A stretch of 64,000 bases of DNA from a bacterium (GTDB lineage: Bacteria > Hinthialibacterota > Hinthialibacteria > Hinthialibacterales > Hinthialibacteraceae). The notes under the pieces were generated by a model. The model did not search any database. It was not told where the DNA came from and saw only the letters and a list, made by a program, of their open reading frames with translations. The translations under genes and the position numbers were made by a program. The stretch spans positions 64,001-128,000 of the forward strand of contig CAXXSM010000092.1 of assembly GCA_963663405.2 (NCBI GenBank). The letters are read 5' to 3'. Shown here one piece after another: positions 20,790 through 30,518 of the stretch; position 1 is the first letter of the stretch, and every line of letters starts with the position of its first letter.

Positions 20790-21281
20790 TTAATTCTCCT
20801 TTGTCGTTTTCTTTCTAGTCGTCGACATCAGAGCCTCCGTTTTCTTTCTAGCCGCCGTCATCAGAGCATCCATCTTCTCCACCGGCATTTCCATCGCCAC
20901 CCTTTTCAGAGCCGCCATCAGAATTGCAATCTTCTCCACCGGCATTTCCATCGCCGCCGCATTCAGAGTCTCCCTCTTCTCCATCGCCTCTTCCATCAGA
21001 GCCGCCATCTTCTCCACCGGCATTTCCATCGCCGCCGCCCTCAGAGCCTCCATCTTGTCCACCGGCATTTCCATCGCCACCGCCTTTAGAGCCGTCATCA
21101 GAGCCGCCATCTTCTCCATTGGCATTTTCATGGCCACCGCCTTCAGAGCCTCCATCCTCTCCACCGGTATTTCCATTGCCACCGCATTCAGAGCGGCCAC
21201 TTTCATGACAGCTTCACGGATTGCGGCTTTCTTTCGTGCAGAAATTTTCCCAGCAGGGCTTTTTACCGTTCTTTGTGCCAT
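20790..21281 (-). CDS. Met-rich tandem-repeat protein (AVAMEMPVEKMxAL units)
   Basis: GAGGAG RBS before ATG 21281; repeat copies differ largely by synonymous or conservative changes in this frame. Confidence 0.7.
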   Translation of the reverse strand: MAQRTVKSPAGKISARKKAAIREAVMKVAALNAVAMEIPVERMEALKAVAMKMPMEKMAALMTALKAVAMEMPVDKMEALRAAAMEMPVEKMAALMEEAMEKRETLNAAAMEMPVEKIAILMAALKRVAMEMPVEKMDALMTAARKKTEALMSTTRKKTTKEN

Positions 21282-21319
21282 GATTTCTCCTCGTGCGATT
21301 AAGACTCCCAATAATTATA

Positions 21320-22003
21320 CTACGAAAGAGAAGCGTGTTCCATCACAATGCGGCAAAGTTCATCGATCACCTCATCTTGTGTAAGGTGGGTTGTATCCAC
21401 GATGATGGATTCGCCTGTCTTTTTCAAGGCGCCGGTTGGACGGGATTGATCCCGCCGGTCCCGCTCGAGTAAATCCGCATAGGTTTTTTCAAATGTGACA
21501 TCTTTTCCTTTTTCGATCAACTCGCGATACCGGCGTTCGGCGCGGATTTTAGGATCGGCGTCCAGAAAGAGTTTGATCTCCGCGCAGGGGAAGACGACCG
21601 TGCCGATATCGCGCCCTTCCATGACAACATTCCCCTGCTCTCCCATTCTCTGCTGTTGATTGACAAGGTGTTCTCTTACTTTTATGTTATCGGCGATTGA
21701 GGAAGTGTTCGCGCTGACTTCCGGCGCACGGATCGCTTCCGAAACGTCTTCTCCATCACAAAGAATCCGCAACGCGGCGTCTTCGCGCACAAAGCGCAGT
21801 TCCGTTTCTTCCGCCATTTTCGCGATGGTTTCCGTATCACTAAGATCAAATCCCAAACGCATCGCTTTGAGGGTGACAGCGCGATACATGGCGCCGGTGT
21901 CGATATATAGAAATCCGAGCCGCTGCGCCAATGCGCGCGCGACGGAACTTTTCCCGACTCCAACGGGGCCATCGATGGCGACAATGGGGCCTTTTCGTTT
22001 CAT
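21320..22003 (-). CDS. cmk: Cytidylate kinase
   Basis: AIDGPVGVGKS, DTGAMYRA, EGRDIGTVVFP. Confidence 0.97.
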   Translation of the reverse strand: MKRKGPIVAIDGPVGVGKSSVARALAQRLGFLYIDTGAMYRAVTLKAMRLGFDLSDTETIAKMAEETELRFVREDAALRILCDGEDVSEAIRAPEVSANTSSIADNIKVREHLVNQQQRMGEQGNVVMEGRDIGTVVFPCAEIKLFLDADPKIRAERRYRELIEKGKDVTFEKTYADLLERDRRDQSRPTGALKKTGESIIVDTTHLTQDEVIDELCRIVMEHASLS

Positions 22004-23331
22004 TCAATTCCCTCTACGCTTCCGGGTGTGATTTGCTGAAGAAGATCAAAAAAGTTTGGAAACGACGTCGATATAGGCGCGGTTCCCCGGACGATTGTTT
22101 CTCCTCGCGCCGCTAATCCGCAGACGGTGAGTGACATCGCGATCCGGTGATCGCCGCGCGAAGAACCAGCGCAGCCGCGTGGGGCCGCGTTTCCTGCAAC
22201 GGTGAATCCATCCTCCCGCTCACTCATCTCGATACCGAATCGTCCGAATTCTTCAACAATCGCGGAGATGCGGTCTGACTCTTTAACACGCAGTTCATGC
22301 GCCTCTTCGACGGTGGAGGGGGAGGATGCAAAGGCCGCCGCGACGGCGAAAATGGGGAACTCATCGATCATTCGGACCACCCGGTCTCCCACGACGCGCA
22401 CTCCTTGGAGCGGGGCGTATCGCACGCGAAGATCGGCGACAGGTTCGGCGCCGTAGGCGCGTTCGTTTTCAAGCGTAATATCGGCGCCCATGTCACATAA
22501 CACATCGAGAATTCCGGTTCGTGTGGGATTGACGCCGACGTCTTGAATGACCAATTCCGAATCAGGAACAATGGACGCCGCGACGAGAAAAAAGGCGGCG
22601 GAAGAGATATCGCCGGGAACGTTGACATCACAGCCTTTAAGTTCCTGCCCACCCCGCAGGGCGCAGCGGCGGTCTTCCCGGTCTAGTGTGGCGCCGAATG
22701 TTTCCAACATGCGTTCGGTATGATCGCGTGAAGGCCCAGGTTCCCGCACGGCGGTTTCACCGTCCGCGAACAGGCCGGCTAGGAGGATGGCGGATTTGAC
22801 CTGCGCGCTCGCGACCGGGGATTCGTACTCAAAACCAGTAAGCGAACCGCCTCGGACTGTCAGTGGGAGTTTCTCGTTATTCTCACGGCCGATGAATTGC
22901 GCGCCCATCCGGGCCAAGGGTTCCGTCACACGCCGCATAGGGCGGCTCCGGAGGGATTCATCTCCAGTTAATGTGGAGGCGAAAGGCTGCCCGGCGAGCA
23001 CACCCAGCAAAAGCCGCGCGCCTGTGCCGGAATTGCCCATGTCAAGCACATCATCCGGTTCGCGCAGGCCCCGCAATCCGGCGCCATCGATCCGGATCGT
23101 GTGCCCCACGCGTTCCGAATGAATTCCCATCTGTTGAAACGCGCGCAATGTTGCCACACAGTCTCCACTTTCAAGAAAACCCTCGATCGTTGACGCGCCA
23201 TTCGCGAGCGAGGCCAGCATCACCGCGCGGTGGGAGATAGATTTATCACCCGGAGCTTGGATAGTACCTTTCAAAGGACCAGCGGGGGTGATTTTGTAGG
23301 CGCCTTGGGAGAGTGATGTATCAGTTGTCAT
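22000..23331 (-). CDS. aroA: 3-phosphoshikimate 1-carboxyvinyltransferase
   Basis: PGDKSISHR, GNSGT, SAQVKSA, RDHTERML, KESDRI, DHRIAM. Confidence 0.97.
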   Translation of the reverse strand: MTTDTSLSQGAYKITPAGPLKGTIQAPGDKSISHRAVMLASLANGASTIEGFLESGDCVATLRAFQQMGIHSERVGHTIRIDGAGLRGLREPDDVLDMGNSGTGARLLLGVLAGQPFASTLTGDESLRSRPMRRVTEPLARMGAQFIGRENNEKLPLTVRGGSLTGFEYESPVASAQVKSAILLAGLFADGETAVREPGPSRDHTERMLETFGATLDREDRRCALRGGQELKGCDVNVPGDISSAAFFLVAASIVPDSELVIQDVGVNPTRTGILDVLCDMGADITLENERAYGAEPVADLRVRYAPLQGVRVVGDRVVRMIDEFPIFAVAAAFASSPSTVEEAHELRVKESDRISAIVEEFGRFGIEMSEREDGFTVAGNAAPRGCAGSSRGDHRIAMSLTVCGLAARGETIVRGTAPISTSFPNFFDLLQQITPGSVEGIE

Positions 23332-23350
23332 TTACCTTCAATCCACACAT

Positions 23351-23723
23351 TCATTTCTTTCGGAACAATCGTTTGAACTCAAGTTTAGTGCTTCCAAAAT
23401 TGATCAGAAGCCCAATGTCTAGATCAAAGGCCGTCAGGTAATTTAAACCTTGAGCAAGATGGACATCTTGCAACTGAGTCAAAGCCTTGAGCTCCACCAG
23501 CACACGATTTTCAACCAAGAAATCCACTCACCGAGTTCCAATTTCCTGTCCTTTATAAAAAAATCGACATTTCTTGTTCCCTGATAAATTCAATACAGCA
23601 TTCTCTCATCTCTATTTCTAGCGCTCTTTGATAAATTACTTCCTGGAATCCATTACCCAAAATGTTATGTACATTCATTGCACACCCAATAATTTGCCGT
23701 GTTAATGGATCATCGATAGTCAT
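23351..23723 (-). pseudogene. GxxExxY family protein pseudogene
   Basis: Manual translation: IIGCAMNVHNILGNGFQEVIYQRAL...YKGQEIGTR*VDFLVE...VELKA...GLLINFG; +1 in A7 run at 23557-23563 and in-frame TGA at 23528-23530. Confidence 0.88.
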
Positions 23724-23758
23724 TGTTTTCTCGTTTGATTCTGTTGGTCAGGTTTTTT

Positions 23759-24026
23759 TTGTCAGAATCTGGATTGTCAGGATTTACAGGATGGACAGGA
23801 TAAAAACATCTCAAATTATATACTGAGTTCTTCTATTCAGATAATCCGGATTTTGATAGTTCCTTAATTAAATCAGGATAAATAGGATCCATAGGATTAT
23901 TAGAATAATAAGTATGATATAATACTTTTTTACTCTTACTAATGTATAGACAGGTTTTAATGAGTAGTAAATTGTGATAAAAAATCCTGAATATCCTATT
24001 AATCCTGACCATCCAGATTCAGACAA
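23759..24026. repeat. Family B palindromic element with 9-bp periodic AGGAT/ATCCT arms, copy 1
   Basis: 43-bp arms at 23759-23801 and 23984-24026 are reverse complements with about 7 mismatches. Confidence 0.8.
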
Positions 24027-24217
24027 TCCTAACTCGGTTATCACCAAACAGCCTCAATCTTTAAAAAAACAAAATAATATTGAGCCTAGCAGGCCCAGCC
24101 GAAAAACCAAAGAAGCAGAATTCCAATCCTCCAATTTTTCTCCTAGGCGACACGGTTGGAATCCCGTATAATTGAATTGCAAAATAGAAAGAATTCATAA
24201 AAAAGGGGAGAAATATT

Positions 24218-24841
24218 ATGCAGAACAATCATAAGGGGTTTACTTTGATCGAATTGCTTATTGTCGTCGCGATTATCGGGATTCTCGCCGCGATCGCCGT
24301 GCCAAATTTCCTGAACGCTCAAACACGGGCGAAAATTGCGCGGGCGGAATCGGATATGCGGAACCTGAAAGTCGCGATCGACTCGTACCAGATCGATAAC
24401 AATCAGTATCCAACCGCGCGCTACAATCCTGTGACCGGTGAGAGCGGCCAGATTGCGCTTAGACACCGTTTGTACATGCTAACGACACCGGTATCCTACA
24501 TGAGCAGCATTCCGAGTGATCCCTTCTGGAGCCAACTGAGTGAATATGATCCCGAATTCTTTGACACGTATGATTACTTTGATAATTGGTCCGGCGTGAA
24601 TTACGACAACAGCGAAGCGGGATCGGGCACACGGGGTCACAGTTATCGCCTGGCCAGCGCCGGTCCGGATAACATCATGTGTTGGGGAAGCCCGGCGGCG
24701 TCCAACGCGGGTCATACGGGAATCGATTTCCATACGAGCAATGGATTAACTTCGGATGGAGATATCGTCACTGTGGGCGGGACCATTGTGAATTCGCGGT
24801 GGGTGGTGGAATATCCACTGACGGCGTATCCACGGTTTTAG
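24218..24841 (+). CDS. Prepilin-type N-terminal cleavage/methylation domain protein
   Basis: KGFTLIELLIVVAIIGILAAIAVPNF, SAGPD, FHTSNGLTSDGDI. Confidence 0.9.
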   Translation: MQNNHKGFTLIELLIVVAIIGILAAIAVPNFLNAQTRAKIARAESDMRNLKVAIDSYQIDNNQYPTARYNPVTGESGQIALRHRLYMLTTPVSYMSSIPSDPFWSQLSEYDPEFFDTYDYFDNWSGVNYDNSEAGSGTRGHSYRLASAGPDNIMCWGSPAASNAGHTGIDFHTSNGLTSDGDIVTVGGTIVNSRWVVEYPLTAYPRF

Positions 24842-24945
24842 AGCGTAAAAACATCTTTCCCATCCAACCTATTCCCCTCTAACAATACATGATAAAGTAA
24901 CACATCACAATCAACAATCATCCTCTACAAAAACAGGAGTTATCA

Positions 24946-26325
24946 ATGAAGGCAATTCTTCATATTATTACATTTGCTCTACTCACAATCCCGTTTTGTT
25001 TCGCAGACGACGCCGAACAAAAACCAATTGATCCCCGCGTTGAAATAGAGGAAGAAGTCTATACATATGAACCGGCGGACAATGGAGCCGGGCCGATGTG
25101 GTGTCATGGGAACACCTCGATCGTTCGCATGGGGGATGAGGTATACGCCAGCGGGCTTGAAACCATTCCCGGCGCCAAACCGCTGAATAACTGCCTGCCC
25201 CTTCTGTTCCGCCGAACGGATGAAGGCTGGAAACAGATCTACAAAGGCGAGGGACGCACGCGGGAACCTTCCCCTATGACGATGTTCCATGATGGACGAG
25301 TTTTCCAATCGATCAATCCAACCCTGTCCAAACCGGAGGAGTATGACGGCCTTGCGAAACCGCAGATCCTCGTTTTCTCGCATAGTTCCGAACAATACAA
25401 AACACTCACACCCATCTGGGAAGGTACCCCCTCTTTTTCTGGACACTCGTATCGAAGTTTCGTGGCGGATGGAGCCGATGGAGAACTGATTCTCTTCCAA
25501 AATATCGGCTACGCCCATGCGGAATGGTCTTTCCTCGACAAGAAAGGGAACTGGTCCGCGCAAGGGAAAATTAAATGGCCGTTTGAAGAGAAATACGATA
25601 AACCTCAGCCTGTCCGTATCTGTTACCCTAACGTCATGTTAAAAGACCGCGCGGTACATTTTTGTGGCGTTAGCGATATTGTCGAACCGTATCAAGTTTG
25701 GCAAGAATTCAAATTTGAATTGACGGGCCGGAAATGGGATTACGATTTCCGGCGGCTGTTCTACACGTGGAGCGATGATATTACAAAAGAAGGATTTCAC
25801 GAATGGGTTGAGATCGCCAGCCGGGATAAAACCTGTGGGTGGATCTCTCCAAGAGATCTACACGTGTTGGATTCGGGCGATGTCCTGATTCTATGGAGCG
25901 AACGCGCGCTTGATGAACGGCTGCGCGAGAAATTCTTCCCCAACGAGAAACAACGGTATTCCCTAGAGTTCGCCGTCATCCGCAAGGGTAAAGTAATTCT
26001 GCGCAAAACACTCATCGAGGGAGGCGAAGACCTGGGTGGGGCGCGTCCTGGAGACGCCTGTTTTCATGTTCTGGAAGATGGCCGCCTGTTCATTTTCTAT
26101 TATCTCAGCGGAACTGACGCCGAAGGGAAATCTATCGCCGGGAATCGCTTGATGGAAATTTCTCCCGATGGGAAAACCGGAAAATCCATCCCCGTTAAGT
26201 TACAGACTCCGTTCGGTTCCTTCTTCACCGCCACTATTCGCGCTGGATGTAAACCTTCCTCTATAATCGATGTCTTTGGCTCCTCGAACCAGACAATGCG
26301 CTACGCACGGATTCGGCTATATTGA
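24946..26325 (+). CDS. Secreted hypothetical protein (possible beta-propeller)
   Basis: 459-aa ORF, AGGAG RBS, signal peptide ending CFA-D. Confidence 0.75.
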   Translation: MKAILHIITFALLTIPFCFADDAEQKPIDPRVEIEEEVYTYEPADNGAGPMWCHGNTSIVRMGDEVYASGLETIPGAKPLNNCLPLLFRRTDEGWKQIYKGEGRTREPSPMTMFHDGRVFQSINPTLSKPEEYDGLAKPQILVFSHSSEQYKTLTPIWEGTPSFSGHSYRSFVADGADGELILFQNIGYAHAEWSFLDKKGNWSAQGKIKWPFEEKYDKPQPVRICYPNVMLKDRAVHFCGVSDIVEPYQVWQEFKFELTGRKWDYDFRRLFYTWSDDITKEGFHEWVEIASRDKTCGWISPRDLHVLDSGDVLILWSERALDERLREKFFPNEKQRYSLEFAVIRKGKVILRKTLIEGGEDLGGARPGDACFHVLEDGRLFIFYYLSGTDAEGKSIAGNRLMEISPDGKTGKSIPVKLQTPFGSFFTATIRAGCKPSSIIDVFGSSNQTMRYARIRLY

Positions 26326-26350
26326 TAAAAAATTCAATTAACTCGATCCT

Positions 26351-28342
26351 TTACTTATAGAATTCATACGTTTTCATAGAGGAAGTCTGTAGTAAATCCG
26401 AAAGACGCCATAGCCGGATTGTGTCATCCGCGCCTGAGGTAAGGATGGTTTTCCCATCCGGTGAGAACTCGGCGGATTCAATCTCATATTGATGATTTCC
26501 TTCAAAGGAGAATATTTGCTCCCCACTGAATGTGTCCCATAGATAAATTATTTTTTTTGGACTGGCGGTGAGCAGGTAACGATTATTGGGAGATAAAGAG
26601 ATGAGATAATAAGAATTGATATAATCAACCAGTTTGTCCCCCGTTTCCACATCCCACAACGACGCCTCATGATCGCTGGTACTCATCACCAAGTATTTTC
26701 CATCTTTTGAAAATTCCGCGGCCAAGATCTCACTATTGCTACCAGAGAATATATGGATTACATCCCCTGTTTCCGCGTCCCATAAAATCGCGTTCATTCG
26801 TGATTCATCTAATGTAAGAACCTTCGTTTCATCTGGAGAGAAGGTGGCCACACGGGAGACAGAATCGAGTTTACTGCGCAATGGACTGACCTTCGATCGT
26901 CCTGTATCCGTAGAGGAAGCGTTTGTTAAAGAATTCCCGCCGCCGCCCTCCGCTGGAGGGAGGAAGGAATGGATCTTTTCCCCTGTCGCGACATCCCAGA
27001 TGACTCCCAGTTCATTCACCTCCGTTCCGGCGCCCGTGAGTAATTTGGTCCCGTCACGCGTCACACAGGCGGAATAATCCATCCTATTCGGTAAGACATC
27101 CAGTGATAATAATAAATCACTGGTTTCCACATCCCAGAGACGGATTGTCATGGGATACCCGTTGGTGATTAAATACCGGCCATTGGCAGATAACGTAGTA
27201 AAATAAACCCACCCGTAAAATGGAGTGAAGGTTTTGACAACGGCGCCATTGTCTGTGTCGATTAAGTAAGCGCCTAAGTCGCTCCCTACGCAGATGTTTT
27301 TTCCATCCGGAGAAAAATGGGCGTTATAGAGATAATTAATCGAATTTCCATACGACAAAACCGGTTTTCCGGTTTCCAAATCCCACAGTTGTAAAAAGCC
27401 AAAATAACCAGCGATCATATGCCGGCCATCGCTCAGAATATACGTGTTCCCCCCCGGTTTTGGATTGTATTTTGTCTCTGTGGTTTCTCCTGTTTCTGGA
27501 TCGATATATTCAATGATTCCCGGCTCACAGGCCTCCTTCATACACCAGGAATTGAAGATAATTTGGGAGCCATCGGCGCTGAATCGATACGATCCGGATT
27601 TTTCCCAAAGGTGAACCAGGTTTCCGGTTAAAGTTTCCCACAAACGGCCGTATCCAATGCCTGTAACGGTCAGTAGATAATCTCCATCGGGTGAAAATTC
27701 GACTTCATCTACATTCATGTCATGAAGGTAAGTAACAAGTTTTTCCCCATTCTCAATGTTCCATAAATCCGCCGTCATCGCTTTGGCGCCAATCGCGACG
27801 TACTTCATATCCGGTGAAAAGATAGCGTCAGTGGTCGTTCCTTTATAATCTCCAAAAGAACGCACGAACGCGCCGGTTTCCAAGTTCCACTGTTCCGCTG
27901 TGAAGAGTTCGGTGGAGGAAACGTATCTGCATATCAGCGTGTATTTGCCATCGGGGGATATACTTAATCCGTCGGAAGAGTTCAAACTGCAATCAAAGGA
28001 TACAATTTCTCGTCCTGATTCAATGTCCCAAAGAACACTGTAATTCCCTGAGACAAGTAACTTCGATCCACCCGGTGAAAACGTCACACCCATAATCGTT
28101 TGATCTTCTTTGTAAAAATGGTGGATTTGTTCTCCGGTAAATGTATCCCACAAGAACACACCATAATCTCCACTTGTGGCGACCATACGCTCATCCAATG
28201 AGACGGCCGTCGAGTACCTGCCTCCATACGTCAGGATTGTTTCCCCCGAAGGCCCGGTTAACGTTTGTGACTGAGCGGATGGCAGCGCGCAGAGATGAAT
28301 GAGTAACGCAATGGTAAGGATGTAAGACTTGTGTGAGAACAT
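26351..28342 (-). CDS. Secreted WD40-repeat protein W1 with C-terminal tail motif
   Basis: Signal peptide, repeated FSPDG...LWD motifs; ends SSMKTYEFYK. Confidence 0.92.
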   Translation of the reverse strand: MFSHKSYILTIALLIHLCALPSAQSQTLTGPSGETILTYGGRYSTAVSLDERMVATSGDYGVFLWDTFTGEQIHHFYKEDQTIMGVTFSPGGSKLLVSGNYSVLWDIESGREIVSFDCSLNSSDGLSISPDGKYTLICRYVSSTELFTAEQWNLETGAFVRSFGDYKGTTTDAIFSPDMKYVAIGAKAMTADLWNIENGEKLVTYLHDMNVDEVEFSPDGDYLLTVTGIGYGRLWETLTGNLVHLWEKSGSYRFSADGSQIIFNSWCMKEACEPGIIEYIDPETGETTETKYNPKPGGNTYILSDGRHMIAGYFGFLQLWDLETGKPVLSYGNSINYLYNAHFSPDGKNICVGSDLGAYLIDTDNGAVVKTFTPFYGWVYFTTLSANGRYLITNGYPMTIRLWDVETSDLLLSLDVLPNRMDYSACVTRDGTKLLTGAGTEVNELGVIWDVATGEKIHSFLPPAEGGGGNSLTNASSTDTGRSKVSPLRSKLDSVSRVATFSPDETKVLTLDESRMNAILWDAETGDVIHIFSGSNSEILAAEFSKDGKYLVMSTSDHEASLWDVETGDKLVDYINSYYLISLSPNNRYLLTASPKKIIYLWDTFSGEQIFSFEGNHQYEIESAEFSPDGKTILTSGADDTIRLWRLSDLLQTSSMKTYEFYK

Positions 28343-28410
28343 GATTAATCTCCCAACAATATTGGAATATAGAATGATGTTTCATTCTTTCATACCGCTT
28401 GCGCTCGTTG
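28343..28410. repeat. 68-bp intergenic spacer duplicated at 30451-30518
   Basis: 64/68 identical by eye; identity extends into the flanking gene ends; period 2108 bp. Confidence 0.85.
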
Positions 28411-30450
28411 CTATGGATACAATTCAAACCCATCCGCGAATGATGTCTGAATCAAATCCGCAAAGCGCCATATCCGGATGGTGCCGTCCGAAGAGGCGGT
28501 AAGAATAGTGTCACCATCGGGTGAGAATTCGGCGGCGACAATCTGTTCACCATGGTTCCCATTAAAAGAGAAGAGTTTCTCCCCGCTGAATGTATCTAAA
28601 AGAGCGATTGGATTATTTCCACGGCCGTAATAATCCTTGGTGGCGGCGAGCAGGAAGCGGTTGTCTGGGGATAGTGAAACGTGATTGACGGTTGAGTATT
28701 TATATTGATCACGAATTAAAGCGACTGGGATCTGATTGAGATTATCCCCCGTTTCCACATCCCATATCTGAACGATGTGATCGTTGCCTCCTGTCACTAC
28801 ATATTGCCCATCCTTTGAAAATTCCGCGCACAAGATCTCTTGGCTGTGTCCAGTGAAAGTATGGATCACCTCTCCCGTCTCCACGTCCCACAAGATTGCG
28901 CTCATTCGAGACTTGTCTAAGGTAAGCGCTTTTGATTCATCCGGTGAGAACGTGGCGACGCGGGAAAGAGTGGGAGTATAGCTGCTAAGCGGCCGCGTTT
29001 TCGACAAAGATGAATCTGTGATGGAAACATTCATTGGAGAGTTCCCGCCTCCACCCTCTGCTGGAGCGAGAAAAGAATGAATCTTTTCCCCCGCCGCGAC
29101 ATCCCAGATGACGCCTAACTCATTTTCATCCGTCCCCGCGCCCGTAAGAAGTTTTGTTCCATCATGCGTTACACATGCAGAAATATCCTGCCTGGTCTGT
29201 ATAACATCTTGTGATAACAATAAATCACTGGTTTCCACATCCCAGAGACGGATGGTCGTGGGATTCCCATTGGTGATTAAAAACCGGCCATCAGCAGATA
29301 AAGAGGTGTAATACGCCGACTCGTTCAACGGGCTGAAAGTACGGACAACAGCGCCATTCTCCGTATCGATTAAATAGGCGCTGAAATCACTTCCCACACT
29401 GATGGTTTTTCCATCCGGTGAAAATTCAGCGTTATATATAGAATTGATCGAATTCCCATACGTTAAAACCGGTTCATTGGTTTCCAAGTTCCACAGTTGC
29501 AAGAATCCCCAATAGCCGCTTATCATATGCCGTCCATCGTTAAAAAAATGAGTGTTAATTCCCATTCCAGGAATGGTTTTCGATTCTATCGTTTCTCCGG
29601 TTTCTGGATCGATGGATTCGAAATACGCCGGTTCGCCTGTATCCACATTCCGCCTGGCGCTCAATTCGATCCGGCGCCCATCAGTACTATACCGATACGA
29701 ACCGGGCTTACTCCAGAGATGGATTAAGTCACCAGTAAAAGTATCCCATAGACGGCCATATCCATTTCCAGTAACCGTGAGCAGATGATTTCCATCTGGA
29801 GAAAATTCCACATAATCTACACTCATATCATGAATGTATGTAATGAGCTTTTCTCCATCTTCAACACTCCAGAGATCCGCCTTTGATATTTCTGTGCCAA
29901 TGGCGATGTATTTCATATCCGGCGAGAAAACCGCGTTAGTGGTCGTTCCTATATAATCTCCAAAGGAACGCACGAACGCGCCGGTTTCCAAGTTCCACTG
30001 TTCCGCTGTGAAGAGTTCGGTGGAGGAAACGTATCTGCATATCAGCGTATATTTGCCATCGGGGGATATACTTAATCCATCGGAAGAGTTCAAACTGCAA
30101 TCAAAGGATAAGAGTTCCTGTCCTGATTCGATGTCCCAAAGAACACTGTAATTCCCTGAGACAAGCAGCTTTGATCCATCCGGTGAAAACGCCACACCCA
30201 TAATCGTTTGGTCCTCTTTGTAAAAATGACGGATTTGTTCTCCGGTGAACGTATCCCACAAGAACACGCCATAATCTCCACTTGTCGCGGCCATACTCTC
30301 ATCCAATGAGACGGCCGCTGAATACCTGCCTCCATACGTTAGGATCGTTTCACCCGAAGGCCCGGTTAATGTTTGGGATTGAACGGATATCAACGAGCAA
30401 AGATAAATGAGTAACGCAATGGTAAGGATGTAAGACTTGTGTGAGAACAT
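28411..30450 (-). CDS. Secreted WD40-repeat protein W2 with C-terminal tail motif
   Basis: Paralog of W1; ends SFADGFELYP. Confidence 0.92.
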   Translation of the reverse strand: MFSHKSYILTIALLIYLCSLISVQSQTLTGPSGETILTYGGRYSAAVSLDESMAATSGDYGVFLWDTFTGEQIRHFYKEDQTIMGVAFSPDGSKLLVSGNYSVLWDIESGQELLSFDCSLNSSDGLSISPDGKYTLICRYVSSTELFTAEQWNLETGAFVRSFGDYIGTTTNAVFSPDMKYIAIGTEISKADLWSVEDGEKLITYIHDMSVDYVEFSPDGNHLLTVTGNGYGRLWDTFTGDLIHLWSKPGSYRYSTDGRRIELSARRNVDTGEPAYFESIDPETGETIESKTIPGMGINTHFFNDGRHMISGYWGFLQLWNLETNEPVLTYGNSINSIYNAEFSPDGKTISVGSDFSAYLIDTENGAVVRTFSPLNESAYYTSLSADGRFLITNGNPTTIRLWDVETSDLLLSQDVIQTRQDISACVTHDGTKLLTGAGTDENELGVIWDVAAGEKIHSFLAPAEGGGGNSPMNVSITDSSLSKTRPLSSYTPTLSRVATFSPDESKALTLDKSRMSAILWDVETGEVIHTFTGHSQEILCAEFSKDGQYVVTGGNDHIVQIWDVETGDNLNQIPVALIRDQYKYSTVNHVSLSPDNRFLLAATKDYYGRGNNPIALLDTFSGEKLFSFNGNHGEQIVAAEFSPDGDTILTASSDGTIRIWRFADLIQTSFADGFELYP

Positions 30451-30518
30451 GATTAATCTCCCAACAATATTGGAATAGAGAATGATGTTTCATTCTTACA
30501 TGCCGCTTGCGCTCGTTA

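Noticed and set aside
20742-21384. His/Arg-rich, Pro-rich and Gly/Asp-rich frames over the repeat, or a CRISPR-like array
   Set aside because: Synonymous variation and the RBS support the Met-rich minus-strand frame; there are no unique spacers.
23528-23530. In-frame TGA as selenocysteine or genetic-code change
   Set aside because: It sits where Arg is expected (CGA to TGA) in a gene that is also frameshifted; TGA and TAG end many normal genes here.
24946-26325. C-terminus YARIRLY as a tail-motif member
   Set aside because: Lacks the aromatic residue three positions before the terminal Tyr and the T/S-x-hydrophobic spacing.
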